58,885 nucleotides of DNA from an uncultured Burkholderiales bacterium. Its GTDB lineage: Bacteria; Pseudomonadota; Gammaproteobacteria; Burkholderiales; Burkholderiaceae_C. Below are positions 39,900 to 50,680 of this stretch, in pieces. Under the pieces are notes generated by a model. That model was not told the DNA's origin. It saw only the letters and a list, made by a program, of their open reading frames with translations, and did no database searches. The DNA is taken from contig CAIPII010000131.1 in assembly GCA_903865035.1 (NCBI GenBank), positions 1 to 58,885 of the forward strand, in the 5' to 3' direction. How positions within the stretch are numbered: the first letter of the stretch is position 1; each line of letters begins with the position of its first letter. The position numbers were made by a program, and so were the translations under genes.

Positions 39900-41015
39900 T
39901 TGCAACAACTGCTTGATTTTGATCGCGCTTCAATGATCGAGTTTTGTCAAGGACTTGGGGAAAAGTCTTTTCGCGCCACACAGTTGTTTCGATGGATCCA
40001 TCAAAAGGGTGCTCAAAATTTTGATGACATGAGTGATTTGGCCAAGTCACTCAGAGAGCAACTCAAGCTCAAGGCCTTCATCCAAGCCAATCCGCTCAGC
40101 AAGAAGCTGGTGTCCTCCGATGGCACCACAAAATGGCTCTTTGATGTGGGGCAGGGCGATTTCATCGAGACCGTCTTCATTCCTGAGAGTGATCGTGGCA
40201 CTTTGTGTGTCTCCTCTCAAGCTGGATGCGCTGTGGGCTGTCCCTTTTGCTCAACAGGATATCAAGGCTTTAGTCGCAATTTGAGCACGGCTGAGATCAT
40301 CTCTCAGTTGTGGTTTGCGGAGAGGGAGCTCAGGCTTGAGCATGGCGTTCAAGAGCGGGTCATCAGCAACGTCGTGATGATGGGCATGGGCGAGCCGCTG
40401 CAAAACTACAGTGCTTTGGTGCCGGCTTTGAAAATCATGCTCGATGACCACGCGTATGGTCTCTCCAAGAGACGTGTCACCGTATCTACCTCTGGCGTGG
40501 TGCCCATGATTGAGCGACTGGGCTTGGATGTTCCGGTGGCTTTGGCTGTGTCGCTTCACGCGCCCACCGATGAGCTCAGAGATCAGTTGGTGCCCCTGAA
40601 TCGAAAGTATCCGTTGAAAGAGTTGATGCAGGCCTGTCATGGGTATTTGCGCTACGCGCCCCGGGACTTCATCACGTTTGAGTACTGCATGCTCGAGGGC
40701 GTGAACGATCAAGTCTCTCATGCCCATGCACTGATTGACTTGTTGCGACCCAAGGGTGGTGTGGCCATGCCTAGCAAAATCAATTTGATTCCTTTTAACC
40801 CGTTTAAAGAATCGGGAATGAAGCGCTCCTCGGCAGCCCAGGTCAACACTTTTGCTCAAATCGTGCAAGAGGCGGGCTTGGTGTGCACGGTTAGAAAGAC
40901 GCGAGGCGACGACATCGATGCCGCCTGTGGTCAACTCGCAGGCGAAGTGGTGGATCGCACGAGCGTTCATGAACGCCGCGCTCGAAATGGGGTCATCCCC
41001 ATTGAGCCGATATAG
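39900..41015 (+). CDS. rlmN: Dual-specificity RNA m2A methyltransferase RlmN
   Basis: Radical-SAM motif [19 protein letters not shown] and DIDAACGQL; TTG start. Confidence 0.96.
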   Translation: MQQLLDFDRASMIEFCQGLGEKSFRATQLFRWIHQKGAQNFDDMSDLAKSLREQLKLKAFIQANPLSKKLVSSDGTTKWLFDVGQGDFIETVFIPESDRGTLCVSSQAGCAVGCPFCSTGYQGFSRNLSTAEIISQLWFAERELRLEHGVQERVISNVVMMGMGEPLQNYSALVPALKIMLDDHAYGLSKRRVTVSTSGVVPMIERLGLDVPVALAVSLHAPTDELRDQLVPLNRKYPLKELMQACHGYLRYAPRDFITFEYCMLEGVNDQVSHAHALIDLLRPKGGVAMPSKINLIPFNPFKESGMKRSSAAQVNTFAQIVQEAGLVCTVRKTRGDDIDAACGQLAGEVVDRTSVHERRARNGVIPIEPI

Positions 41016-41115
41016 TTGGCGTGATCACACCCCTAGGGGTCGTGGTTTTTCAGGATGGGTGTGAATTGAAAATACATGACAATCAATTGTTGAAATTTTT
41101 AGGGTTGAGCTTGAA

Positions 41116-42387
41116 ATGAATACATCTGCTGATTTAAAAGGCCCCATTGCTTTGGCTCAACCACGAGCGAGAAACTCTCTGACTGCGCGTGTGGTTTGGG
41201 GCAGCAACGTGGTCACTGTGGGGGGTGAGGCACCGGTTCGCATTCAATCCATGACCAACACCGACACGGTTGATGCAGTGGGAACGGCGATTCAGGTCAA
41301 GGAATTGTGGCAAGCGGGCTCGGAGCTCGTGCGCATCACCGTGAACACCCCTGAGGCAGCGCAGGCCGTCCCCTATTTGCGAGAACAGCTCGATCGCATG
41401 AATGTGGATGTTCCTTTGATTGGAGATTTTCACTACAACGGCCATCGCTTGCTCACCGACTATCCTGAATGTGCCAAGGCGCTCTCCAAGTACCGAATCA
41501 ACCCAGGCAATGTGGGCAAGGGAGACAAGCACGACAAACAGTTTGCGCAAATGATTGAGGCTGCTGTGCGTTATGACAAGGCCGTGCGCATTGGCGTGAA
41601 TTGGGGCAGTTTGGATCAAGAGCTGTTGGCCTCTTTGATGGATGAGAACGCGAAAAGGCCTGTTCCCTTTGATGCCAAACAAGTCATGTATGAGTCTCTC
41701 ATCTTGTCGGCCACACAATCGGCTGAGCGTGCCGTGGAGCTTGGCTTGTCGCCCAATCAAATCATCCTCAGCTGCAAAGTCAGCGGTGTTCAAGACCTGA
41801 TTGCGGTCTACAGAGAGCTCGCAACGAGAACGCGTCATGCGCTGCATTTGGGCCTCACTGAGGCGGGCATGAGCACCCGAGGCACAGCAGCCTCGAGTGT
41901 CGCCTTGGGTATTTTGATGCAAGAGGGCATTGGGGACACCATCCGAGTCTCATTGACTCCCCAGCCCGGAGAGTCCAGAACACAAGAGGTTCTCATTGCT
42001 TCTGAGATTGTGCAAGCTTTGGGGCTTCGGCAATTTGTGCCAAGTGTGAGTGCTTGCCCAGGATGCGGTCGCACCACGAGCACCACTTTCCAGGAGTTGG
42101 CCAAGACGATTGATGATGACTTGAGGCGACAAATGCCGATTTGGAAACACCAATACCCGGGAGTTGAGGGCTTGAAGGTCGCTGTGATGGGGTGCATCGT
42201 CAACGGCCCTGGTGAGAGCAAGCACGCTGACATTGGGATCAGCTTGCCAGGAACGGGCGAGGTGCCTGCGGCGCCTGTCTTCATCGATGGACAAAAGGCA
42301 ATGACCCTCAAGGGTGAGAACATTGCCCAAGAGTTCCATCAAGTGGTCAATGATTACATCCAGCGCAAATTTGCCCCTCGAGCTTGA
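41116..42387 (+). CDS. ispG: HMBPP synthase (MEP pathway)
   Basis: [37 protein letters not shown] and [10 protein letters not shown]. Confidence 0.97.
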   Translation: MNTSADLKGPIALAQPRARNSLTARVVWGSNVVTVGGEAPVRIQSMTNTDTVDAVGTAIQVKELWQAGSELVRITVNTPEAAQAVPYLREQLDRMNVDVPLIGDFHYNGHRLLTDYPECAKALSKYRINPGNVGKGDKHDKQFAQMIEAAVRYDKAVRIGVNWGSLDQELLASLMDENAKRPVPFDAKQVMYESLILSATQSAERAVELGLSPNQIILSCKVSGVQDLIAVYRELATRTRHALHLGLTEAGMSTRGTAASSVALGILMQEGIGDTIRVSLTPQPGESRTQEVLIASEIVQALGLRQFVPSVSACPGCGRTTSTTFQELAKTIDDDLRRQMPIWKHQYPGVEGLKVAVMGCIVNGPGESKHADIGISLPGTGEVPAAPVFIDGQKAMTLKGENIAQEFHQVVNDYIQRKFAPRA

Positions 42388-42467
42388 GGCAAGTCGAGGG
42401 AGCGAGAGTTTTTTTTCGACAAGCGTTGGTTGGACTGGTTTAATAAAGTGGACGTGAGAGAGTTTGA

Positions 42468-43811
42468 ATGACAGAAAAAATAAAAGCCGTCAAAGGCATG
42501 AACGATTTGCTCCCACAAGACTCACATCGGTGGGCGTGGTTGGAGGAGCGTGTGTTGGGTTTGATGCACCGCTACCAGTACCTCAACATCAGAACGCCCA
42601 TTGTGGAGCATTCGGCACTTTTTGTGAGAGGCTTGGGTGAGGTCACCGACATTGTCGAAAAAGAGATGTATTCCTTTGAGGATCGATTGAACAAGGAGCA
42701 CCTCACGCTAAGGCCAGAGGCGACTGCGGGTGTGGTGCGAGCGGTTGTTGAGAACAACTTGCTCTACGATGGACCTAGGCGCATGTTCTACATGGGCCCC
42801 ATGTTTCGCCATGAAAGACCTCAAAGAGGACGGTACCGTCAGTTTCACCAAATCGGAGCTGAGGCCATTGGCTTTGGGGGGCCAGAGATCGATGCAGAAT
42901 TGATTTTGATGGCCCATGATCTGTGGCAAACCTTGGGGCTAAAGGATGTGAGCTTGGAGCTCAACAGCTTGGGGCAGCCCAAGGAGCGTGCAGCCCATCG
43001 CTTGGCCCTGATCGATCACTTGCAGCAGCACGAAAGTGTTTTGGATGAAGAGGCCAAGCGGCGACTGCACAGCAATCCGTTGAGGATTTTGGACACCAAA
43101 AATCCCTCTATGCAAGAGGTGGTCAACGCCGCTCCCAAATTGATCGATTTTTTGAGCCCTCAATCCATGGCTCATTTGAACGAGGTCAAACGCATTTTGG
43201 ATGAAAACCACGTGGCCTACACCGTCAACCCACGCTTGGTCAGGGGTATGGATTATTACAACTTGACTGTTTTTGAGTTTGTAACGAATCGTTTGGGCTC
43301 ACAAGGCACCATTTGTGGGGGTGGGCGTTACGATCACTTGATCGAACAATTGGGCGGCAAGAGCGCGCCAGCCGTTGGTTGGGCATTGGGTGTAGAGAGG
43401 GTCTTGGAGTTGCTCCAAGAAGAGGGGTTGGGCTCTGAGCGCCCGGTGCCCGATGTTTACGCCGTGGTGCCCGATTACGAGCACATGCCTTTGGTCTTCA
43501 AGACTGTACAGGCCATGCGCCGCATGGGGCTCAGTGTGCAAATGCATGCGCCTGCCACACCGAGCCTTCACACCCTGAGTGAGCAGCAAGGGGAGCATGA
43601 GCTCAAGCCCTGGGCTCAACTGGGCAGCATGAAGTCGCAATTCAAAAAAGCCGACGCCTCTGGGGCCTCCTACGCGCTGGTATTTGGTGCTGAGGAGCTC
43701 TCAAGAGGTGAGGTGACGGTGAAGTCCCTCAGAGACGGCGTGGGTGCCCAAAAATTAGAATCACTTCAAAACCTCGAGCAGTGGGCTAAAGCCCTACAAT
43801 CGCATGGTTGA
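42468..43811 (+). CDS. hisS: Histidine--tRNA ligase
   Basis: [29 protein letters not shown] and GGGRYD. Confidence 0.97.
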   Translation: MTEKIKAVKGMNDLLPQDSHRWAWLEERVLGLMHRYQYLNIRTPIVEHSALFVRGLGEVTDIVEKEMYSFEDRLNKEHLTLRPEATAGVVRAVVENNLLYDGPRRMFYMGPMFRHERPQRGRYRQFHQIGAEAIGFGGPEIDAELILMAHDLWQTLGLKDVSLELNSLGQPKERAAHRLALIDHLQQHESVLDEEAKRRLHSNPLRILDTKNPSMQEVVNAAPKLIDFLSPQSMAHLNEVKRILDENHVAYTVNPRLVRGMDYYNLTVFEFVTNRLGSQGTICGGGRYDHLIEQLGGKSAPAVGWALGVERVLELLQEEGLGSERPVPDVYAVVPDYEHMPLVFKTVQAMRRMGLSVQMHAPATPSLHTLSEQQGEHELKPWAQLGSMKSQFKKADASGASYALVFGAEELSRGEVTVKSLRDGVGAQKLESLQNLEQWAKALQSHG

Positions 43812-43910
43812 CGCGATGGGTGCTGGGCATTGAGCCAAAGTCTCATTCCTCCTTGATGGAGGCCTCGCGCGAGCCTTTATTTTTTAACATTTTTGTCTAA
43901 GATCCATCCT

Positions 43911-44573
43911 ATGGCCTCCTCACTCGATCACGAAGAGCAAGATCAGCTCGAAGAAATCAAACACTTTTGGAGCAAGTACGGCTCCCTTTTGACTTGGATC
44001 TTGATTGCGCTGTTGGCTGCCTACAGTGGTTGGAACGGCTGGCAATATTGGCAAAACCGCCAAGCCCTGCAAGCCAGTGTCTTGTTCCAAAGTGTGGACC
44101 AAGCGGTTGCCTCGTCTGATGAGGCTTTGGTGCAGAGGTCATTGGCCGACATGCAAGACAAGTTTTCCTCTGCCACCTATGCGGCTCACGCCAGCTTGTT
44201 GGCCTCTAAATTTTGGTCCGATCATGCCAAACCTGAGTTGTCCAAAAAAGCATTGGTTTGGGTGGTGGATCACGCAAGCGATCCCGGTTTGGTCTCAATT
44301 GCTCGCTTGAGGCTTGCATCCTTGGCTTTGGATGGGAAACAAACCCAAGAGGCCAAAGATTGGTTGAAAAAAGAGTTTCCCAAGGCCTTTGAGTCCCTGG
44401 CCAACGATCGCATGGGCGACGCGTTGATGCTTGAGCACAATGCTCAAGAAGCAAAGGACAAATACTTGGCGGCTTGGAAGGGCATGACCGAGAGAACACA
44501 ATACCGACAAATTGTGGAAGTCAAATTGGCCGCATTGGGTGTGGATGTTCATGCCCAGGAGTCTCAACCTTGA
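43911..44573 (+). CDS. yfgM: YfgM-family TPR membrane protein
   Basis: EEQDQLEEIKHFWSKYG, one TM segment, ARLRLA; position between hisS and bamB. Confidence 0.88.
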   Translation: MASSLDHEEQDQLEEIKHFWSKYGSLLTWILIALLAAYSGWNGWQYWQNRQALQASVLFQSVDQAVASSDEALVQRSLADMQDKFSSATYAAHASLLASKFWSDHAKPELSKKALVWVVDHASDPGLVSIARLRLASLALDGKQTQEAKDWLKKEFPKAFESLANDRMGDALMLEHNAQEAKDKYLAAWKGMTERTQYRQIVEVKLAALGVDVHAQESQP

Positions 44574-44584
44574 ATGCGAAACAC

Positions 44585-45733
44585 ATGAGCTTTTTGTCTT
44601 TTTTCAAGAGCGGTCAACAGGCCAGCTCGCGTTTGCTCTTGGGGCTGTTGGTGTTGGTTTTTTTGGCGTCCTGCTCCTCGCTCAAGAGGCCTGAGCCCAA
44701 GGAAGTCACGCTCAGTGCCAAACGGGTTGCTGTCTCCAAAGCCTGGAGTGCTTCGCTCGCACCCATGAACGCATATTTGACCCCTTACTCCAACGCGAGC
44801 ACATTGGTGTTGGCCTCAGAGAGCGGAAAAGTTCAAGCCCTATCCATCGATTCAGGCAAACCCTTGTGGTCCATTGATTTGAAGACTCCATTGGTTGCGG
44901 GTGTGGGTGGAAATGGGGAGCATTTTGCAGTGCTCAGTCAAGACAATCGCTTGATTGTGTTCACCTCAAAAGGGGAACTCTACCGCTTGCCTTTGTTGGC
45001 TCAAGGGCTCACGACCCCTTTGATTGCGGGCGAGCGCGTTTTTGTTCTCTTGGCCGATCGTTCGGTTGTCGCCTACGACTTGGCCAAGGGCATCAAACTT
45101 TGGTCACAGCAAAGAGCCGGAGATCCTTTGATCTTGAATCAAAAGGGTGTCTTGTTGGCAGTGCATGACACTTTGATTGGTGGGTTTTCTGGTCGCTTGG
45201 TGGGTTTAAACCCCAACAATGGCAGCACCAAGTTTGAGACCCCCATTGCAGTACCCAGAGGTGTGAACGATTTGGAGCGATTGGTCGATCTTGTTGCTCC
45301 CGTTTATCGCTTTGGCGATGTGGTGTGTGTGAGAGCTTTTCAAGCACAGGTGGGTTGCGTGAACGCAGTCAAAGGCAACTTGCTGTGGACTCGAAGCGCC
45401 AATGGAGATTTGGGGCTAGCTGGCAATGCAGATGCTTTGATTGGTGTCGAGAGCAATGGTGTTGTGTTGGCTTGGGCCAGAAGCAGTGGTGAGAGGCTTT
45501 GGGACAGCGACCGTTTGAAATACCGTCGATTGAGCGCGCCTTTGGTGACCGATAAGGGCTTGGTTGTTGCAGATACACTGGGCAACGTCTTTGTGATGGA
45601 TCTCAAGGACGGCTCCGTGGTGCAGCAGTTGAGCCTGTCCGAAGGCGATGTCGTGGGCAGTCCCATTGCATTTGCCAAGGGGTTTGTGGTGGTGACCAAA
45701 AAAGGATGGGTTCAGTCCTACGTTTTTGACTGA
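44585..45733 (+). CDS. bamB: Outer membrane protein assembly lipoprotein BamB
   Basis: Lipobox LASC, PQQ-like beta-propeller repeats, ERLVDL; position before der. Start at 44585 (ATG) or 44570 (TTG). Confidence 0.9.
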   Translation: MSFLSFFKSGQQASSRLLLGLLVLVFLASCSSLKRPEPKEVTLSAKRVAVSKAWSASLAPMNAYLTPYSNASTLVLASESGKVQALSIDSGKPLWSIDLKTPLVAGVGGNGEHFAVLSQDNRLIVFTSKGELYRLPLLAQGLTTPLIAGERVFVLLADRSVVAYDLAKGIKLWSQQRAGDPLILNQKGVLLAVHDTLIGGFSGRLVGLNPNNGSTKFETPIAVPRGVNDLERLVDLVAPVYRFGDVVCVRAFQAQVGCVNAVKGNLLWTRSANGDLGLAGNADALIGVESNGVVLAWARSSGERLWDSDRLKYRRLSAPLVTDKGLVVADTLGNVFVMDLKDGSVVQQLSLSEGDVVGSPIAFAKGFVVVTKKGWVQSYVFD

Positions 45734-45871
45734 GGCTTTTTACACCAAGGCTGTCCCATGGCGTCCTTGAGTGAACGGTTCTCTAGCGTGCATCAGACCT
45801 GATGAGTGTTGGGTATTGGTGTTGAAAAGCCCTTAGAGGCTTTGTTCTCTTTTTATTGAAAAACCATTGTT

Positions 45872-47212
45872 GTGAAACCAGTTTTGGCCCTTGTTGGGCG
45901 ACCCAATGTGGGTAAATCCACGCTCTTTAATCGCTTGACCAAATCTCGCGATGCCATCGTGGCTGATTTTGCGGGCCTCACCCGCGATCGCCACTACGGG
46001 GATGCTCGCTTGGGGAGCAAAGAATTCATTGTGATCGACACGGGTGGATTCGAGCCCGATGCGACCCAAGGGATTTACAAGGAAATGGCCAAACAGACTC
46101 GGCAAGCCGTGGCCGAGGCCGATGTGGTTGTTTTTGTGGTGGATGCGCGAGAGGGTATTTCCGCGCAAGACTATGACATCGCCAATTATTTGCGCAAGCT
46201 CTCCAAGCCCACTTTGCTCGTGGCCAACAAAGCAGAGGGCATGCAAGAGGGTCAGCAATTGGCGGAGTTCTTTGAGCTTGGATTGGGTGGCGTGCACGCT
46301 GTGTCTGCTGCTCACGGTCAAGGCATTCGAAGCATGGTGGAATTGGCCTTGGAGCCCTTGCATTTGCCCGATGATGAGGAAGACCTTGACGATGGCCCTA
46401 AGGAGGACGGCCCCATACGCTTGGCCGTCGCGGGTAGGCCCAATGTGGGCAAATCCACTCTCATCAACACTTGGTTGGGTGAGGAGAGGTTGGTTGCCTT
46501 TGACATGCCTGGGACCACCCGAGACGCCATCCACGTTCCCTTGGAGTACAAGGGGCAGACCTATGATTTGATCGACACGGCGGGCTTGAGAAAGAAAGGC
46601 AAAGTGTTTGAAGCCATTGAGAAGTTCTCAGTGGTCAAGACCCTACAAGCCATTGCCTCTTGCAATGTGGTGCTGCTCCTCTTGGATGCCACGCAAGGGG
46701 TGACCGATCAAGACGCGCACATTGCTGGCTACATTTTGGAGAGTGGTCGTGCTGTCGTCTTGGCGGTCAACAAATGGGACGCCATCGATGCTTACCAAAG
46801 AGAGCTCGTGCAGCGTTCGATTGAGACGCGCTTGGCTTTTTTGAAGTTTGCTTCACTGCACTTTATCTCAGCCATCAAGCGCCAAGGTTTGGGTCCCGTG
46901 TGGAGCAGCATCGGGCAAGCGCACAAGGCGGCGTTTTGCAAAATGTCCACCCCCATTTTGACAAGGTTGTTGCTCGAGGCGGTGCAGTTCCAAGCTCCCA
47001 AGCGAGCGGGTATGTTTAGACCCAAATTGCGCTACGCTCACCAAGGTGGCCAAAACCCACCGGTGATTGTGGTGCATGGAAACTCGCTTGAACACGTGAC
47101 CGATTCCTACAAGCGTTTTTTAGAAGGACGCTTCAGAAAAGAGTTCAATTTGCAAGGAACACCGCTCAGAATTGAGCTCAAAACCTCCCACAATCCTTAC
47201 AAAGAGACCTGA
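45872..47212 (+). CDS. der: Ribosome biogenesis GTPase Der (EngA)
   Basis: Two GRPNVGKS G-domains, DTGG/DTAG and NKWD. Confidence 0.98.
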   Translation: MKPVLALVGRPNVGKSTLFNRLTKSRDAIVADFAGLTRDRHYGDARLGSKEFIVIDTGGFEPDATQGIYKEMAKQTRQAVAEADVVVFVVDAREGISAQDYDIANYLRKLSKPTLLVANKAEGMQEGQQLAEFFELGLGGVHAVSAAHGQGIRSMVELALEPLHLPDDEEDLDDGPKEDGPIRLAVAGRPNVGKSTLINTWLGEERLVAFDMPGTTRDAIHVPLEYKGQTYDLIDTAGLRKKGKVFEAIEKFSVVKTLQAIASCNVVLLLLDATQGVTDQDAHIAGYILESGRAVVLAVNKWDAIDAYQRELVQRSIETRLAFLKFASLHFISAIKRQGLGPVWSSIGQAHKAAFCKMSTPILTRLLLEAVQFQAPKRAGMFRPKLRYAHQGGQNPPVIVVHGNSLEHVTDSYKRFLEGRFRKEFNLQGTPLRIELKTSHNPYKET

Positions 47213-47299
47213 TTTGCATGGGCGCTTGAAAGCTGTGGTATCGTGTAGGTATTCCAAGCAATCCAAGTCACTTCAATCGATTCGAACACGGAGAATATC

Positions 47300-47557
47300 G
47301 TGAACAACAAAGGTCAACTCCTTCAAGACCCCTTTCTCAACTTGCTTCGCCGTGAACATGTGCCTGTGTCCATTTATTTGGTCAATGGCATCAAGCTTCA
47401 AGGTCAAATTGAGTCATTTGACCAGTACGTCGTTTTGCTTCGCAACACGGTCACACAGATGGTCTACAAGCACGCCATTTCAACCATAGTGCCTGGAAGA
47501 GCTGTGAACTTCACCTCGGCCGAGTTGGGCGATGCGCCCTCTGGCGAAGGTGCTTGA
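47300..47557 (+). CDS. hfq: RNA chaperone Hfq
   Basis: LQDPFLN...[10 protein letters not shown]...[13 protein letters not shown]. Confidence 0.99.
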   Translation: MNNKGQLLQDPFLNLLRREHVPVSIYLVNGIKLQGQIESFDQYVVLLRNTVTQMVYKHAISTIVPGRAVNFTSAELGDAPSGEGA

Positions 47558-47631
47558 GGACACTTGGCTCTTGATCGTCTTCAACGCTTGTCAAAGCAGC
47601 TCTTGTCTGTTTTTGTCCTCAACGCCTTGGG

Positions 47632-48843
47632 TTGACAAACACTTTGTTTGAAACCGCACCTCCTTCCACTGCCCGAGTCATGTTGGTGGGCGTCGACTTT
47701 GGGGATCCCCACTTCGATCAAGAGTTGGAGGAGTTGGGGCTTTTGGCTCAAACCGCTGGCTTGGTTCCTGTGCACCGTTTTGTGTGCAAAAGACGAGCAC
47801 CCGATGCTGCACTGTTTGTGGGCTCAGGCAAAGCGCAAGAGATCAAAGACATGGCCATTGCCATGGATGCACAAGAAATCCTTTTTGATCAAGCTTTGAG
47901 TCCTGCACAGCAAAGAAATCTAGAGCGGCACATGGGCATGGCGGTCAACGACAGGACCATGTTGATTTTGGAGATTTTTGCTCAAAGGGCGCGCTCTCAT
48001 GAAGGCAAGCTCCAAGTGGAGTTGGCGCGCTTGCAGTATTTGAGCACTCGGCTTGTGCGCAGGTGGTCACACTTGGAGCGACAACGCGGGGGCATTGGCA
48101 CTCGCGGAGGGCCTGGTGAGACACAAATTGAGTTGGATCGCAGAATGATCTCTCAGTCCATCAAGCGCACCAAAGAAAAACTTGAGCGCGTCAAAAAGCA
48201 ACGCGCCACGCAACGCAGGCAACGAAGCCGAAATGACCATTTGGGTGTCTCCTTGGTGGGTTACACCAATGCGGGAAAGTCAACCCTCTTTAACGCCTTG
48301 GTCAAGGCGCAGACCTACGCTGCAGATCAACTTTTTGCGACCTTGGACACCACCACTCGCCAGCTTTATTTGGGCGAGCACTTGGGTGTTCCAACCAGCG
48401 TTTCTTTGTCTGACACGGTGGGATTCATTCGAGATTTGCCGCACACATTGGTGGATGCATTTGAGGCAACGCTGCAAGAGGCGGCTCAGGCGGATTTGCT
48501 CTTGCACGTGGTCGATGCATCTAACCCCAATTGGGCTGAGCAACTCGTACAAGTGCAAAGGGTGTTGGCCGATATTGGGGCTGCTGAGGTCGAGCAGTGG
48601 TTGGTTTTCAATAAAATTGACGCCTTGGAGCACAGTGTGAGACCTGTGAGAATGGTGGATCACTACGAGTTTGAGTCTCGTGAGTTCAAGAGGATCTTCT
48701 TGAGCGCTGCCTCTGGCGAGGGGTTGCCCAAGCTCAGGGAAAGTTTGGCGCAATGGGCCTTTGATCAAACCCCACTCAAAGTGGGTGAGCAAACGGCGGA
48801 GTTGGGCGTTTTTGAGATGGATCCTATGGGGCGATTGCACTGA
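47632..48843 (+). CDS. hflX: Ribosome-splitting GTPase HflX
   Basis: EGKLQVELA, GPGETQIE, GYTNAGKST, LFATLD, DTVGF and NKID. Confidence 0.97.
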   Translation: MTNTLFETAPPSTARVMLVGVDFGDPHFDQELEELGLLAQTAGLVPVHRFVCKRRAPDAALFVGSGKAQEIKDMAIAMDAQEILFDQALSPAQQRNLERHMGMAVNDRTMLILEIFAQRARSHEGKLQVELARLQYLSTRLVRRWSHLERQRGGIGTRGGPGETQIELDRRMISQSIKRTKEKLERVKKQRATQRRQRSRNDHLGVSLVGYTNAGKSTLFNALVKAQTYAADQLFATLDTTTRQLYLGEHLGVPTSVSLSDTVGFIRDLPHTLVDAFEATLQEAAQADLLLHVVDASNPNWAEQLVQVQRVLADIGAAEVEQWLVFNKIDALEHSVRPVRMVDHYEFESREFKRIFLSAASGEGLPKLRESLAQWAFDQTPLKVGEQTAELGVFEMDPMGRLH

Positions 48844-49065
48844 AAAAAGGCTGCCTTTGTCCTTTTAGGCGCAACAGTTGCAAATCTGTTGTAATTCCCA
48901 AAAAAGAATTGTTTTTGTTGTTCGATTTCTAAGCTTAGGTCCTGTTTGAGTTGAAAATCACAGTTTGTGGCATGTCAGATCGATTGGCTCTTACCCTTTG
49001 TCTTGGGGGAACTTGGCTGGTCAACGTGTTCAAATGTCAATGTCTAAGAAAGTAATTCCATTTTC

Positions 49066-50664
49066 ATGAAGTTCACCTTCAATCCAAAACAAACCCTTCG
49101 CGGTTGGCTCCATTTGTTTCTTGGTCAAGTTTTGACCCGGTCTTTGGCATTGCTTGAGCGCTTGTCCCCGAGCAAAACGCCCATTCTCACGAATGGACTC
49201 TCTCACGGGTCAAAAGATCAACCCCATTTGATGTGGTCTGAGCAAACGCCCAATGATCCTCACTCAAGCGGGGGCCAGCCTCATGAGTCAAGTCCTGAGA
49301 CACCTCACACCTCAGGTCATTCCCCCCAAACGCCGAGCCCCAAAACGCCCAACAATGGAGCGCCCAGTGGTCCTCCCGACTTGGATGAGTTGTGGAGAGA
49401 CTTCAATCAAAAAATAGCGGGCTTTTTTGGAGGCAACAAGCCCAATGCATCCCAGCCCAATGGAACGCCTCCCTCAGGTGGATCGGGTTTCACTGGGGAC
49501 CCCAAGAGTGCCAAGTTTGCTTTGGCTTTGCTTGGGTTGATCGTGTTTTTGGTTTGGATGGGTTCAGGCTTTTTCATTGTCCAAGAGGGACAGCAAGCCG
49601 TGATCACTCAGTTTGGCAAGTACCACAGCACTTTGGGTGCGGGATTCAACTGGCGTTTGCCTTATCCCATTCAGCGCCATGAGTTGGTGTTTGTGACTCA
49701 AATCAGGTCTGTCGACGTGGGGCGCGACGTGGTGATCAAGGCCACGGGGCTCAGGGAGTCGGCGATGCTCACAGAGGATGAGAACATCTTAGAGATGAAG
49801 TTTGCGGTTCAGTACCGCTTGACAGACGCCAGGGCATACCTCTTTGAGAGCAAAAACCCAACCGACGCGGTGATTCAGGCCGCGGAGACTGCGGCTCGTG
49901 AGGTGGTTGGAAAAATGCGCATGGACGCCGCCTTGTCTGAAGATCGAGACCAAATCGCACCGCGCATTCGTGCCATCATGCAAAACATCTTGGATCAGTA
50001 CCGGGTGGGCATTGAGGTGGTGGCCATCAATTTGGAGCAAGGTGGGGTGAGGCCTCCCGAGCAAGTCCAAGCCGCCTTTGATGACGTGCTCAAAGCCGGG
50101 CAAGAAAGGGAGAGAGCCAAAAACGAGGCCGAGGCTTACGCCAATGATGTGATCCCTAGGGCTGTGGGTGCTGCCTCTCGGCTCAAAGAGGAGGCCGATG
50201 GCTACAAGGCCCGCATTGTGGCTCAAGCCGAGGGTGATGCGCAGCGCTTTCGCTCGCTCTACGCCGAGTACCAAAAAGCACCCCAAGTCACAAGAGACCG
50301 CATGTACATCGACACCATGCAGCAAATTTACTCCAACGTCTCAAAGGTGCTGGTTGATACCCATCAAGGTCAAAATCTTTTGTACTTGCCACTGGATAAG
50401 ATCATTCAACTCACCTCACAAAATTCACCTCCCTCTGGCGTGGGTGGCTCAGGAGGAAGCAGCTTTGCTGGCTCAGCTGGCGCCACTGGGGGCGGCTCCT
50501 CTCAGGCGGGCTCAAACGCAATGAATGGGGGCTCTTTGCCCTTCAATTCAGGCGCTTCTCCCGGTTTGGGCGGATACGGTGGCGACTCCAGTGCGAGTGC
50601 CAACCCTGGCTCCGTGGATTTGCGCGCTCGCGACGGGCGTGGTCGTGACCGTGATGGTCGTTAA
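49066..50664 (+). CDS. hflK: FtsH modulator HflK
   Basis: GPPDLDELW, TM segment, SPFH domain (MLTEDEN, PPEQVQAAFDD, APQVTRDRMY). Start may instead be ATG 49231. Confidence 0.94.
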   Translation: MKFTFNPKQTLRGWLHLFLGQVLTRSLALLERLSPSKTPILTNGLSHGSKDQPHLMWSEQTPNDPHSSGGQPHESSPETPHTSGHSPQTPSPKTPNNGAPSGPPDLDELWRDFNQKIAGFFGGNKPNASQPNGTPPSGGSGFTGDPKSAKFALALLGLIVFLVWMGSGFFIVQEGQQAVITQFGKYHSTLGAGFNWRLPYPIQRHELVFVTQIRSVDVGRDVVIKATGLRESAMLTEDENILEMKFAVQYRLTDARAYLFESKNPTDAVIQAAETAAREVVGKMRMDAALSEDRDQIAPRIRAIMQNILDQYRVGIEVVAINLEQGGVRPPEQVQAAFDDVLKAGQERERAKNEAEAYANDVIPRAVGAASRLKEEADGYKARIVAQAEGDAQRFRSLYAEYQKAPQVTRDRMYIDTMQQIYSNVSKVLVDTHQGQNLLYLPLDKIIQLTSQNSPPSGVGGSGGSSFAGSAGATGGGSSQAGSNAMNGGSLPFNSGASPGLGGYGGDSSASANPGSVDLRARDGRGRDRDGR

Positions 50665-50680
50665 GACGAGAATGAACACT

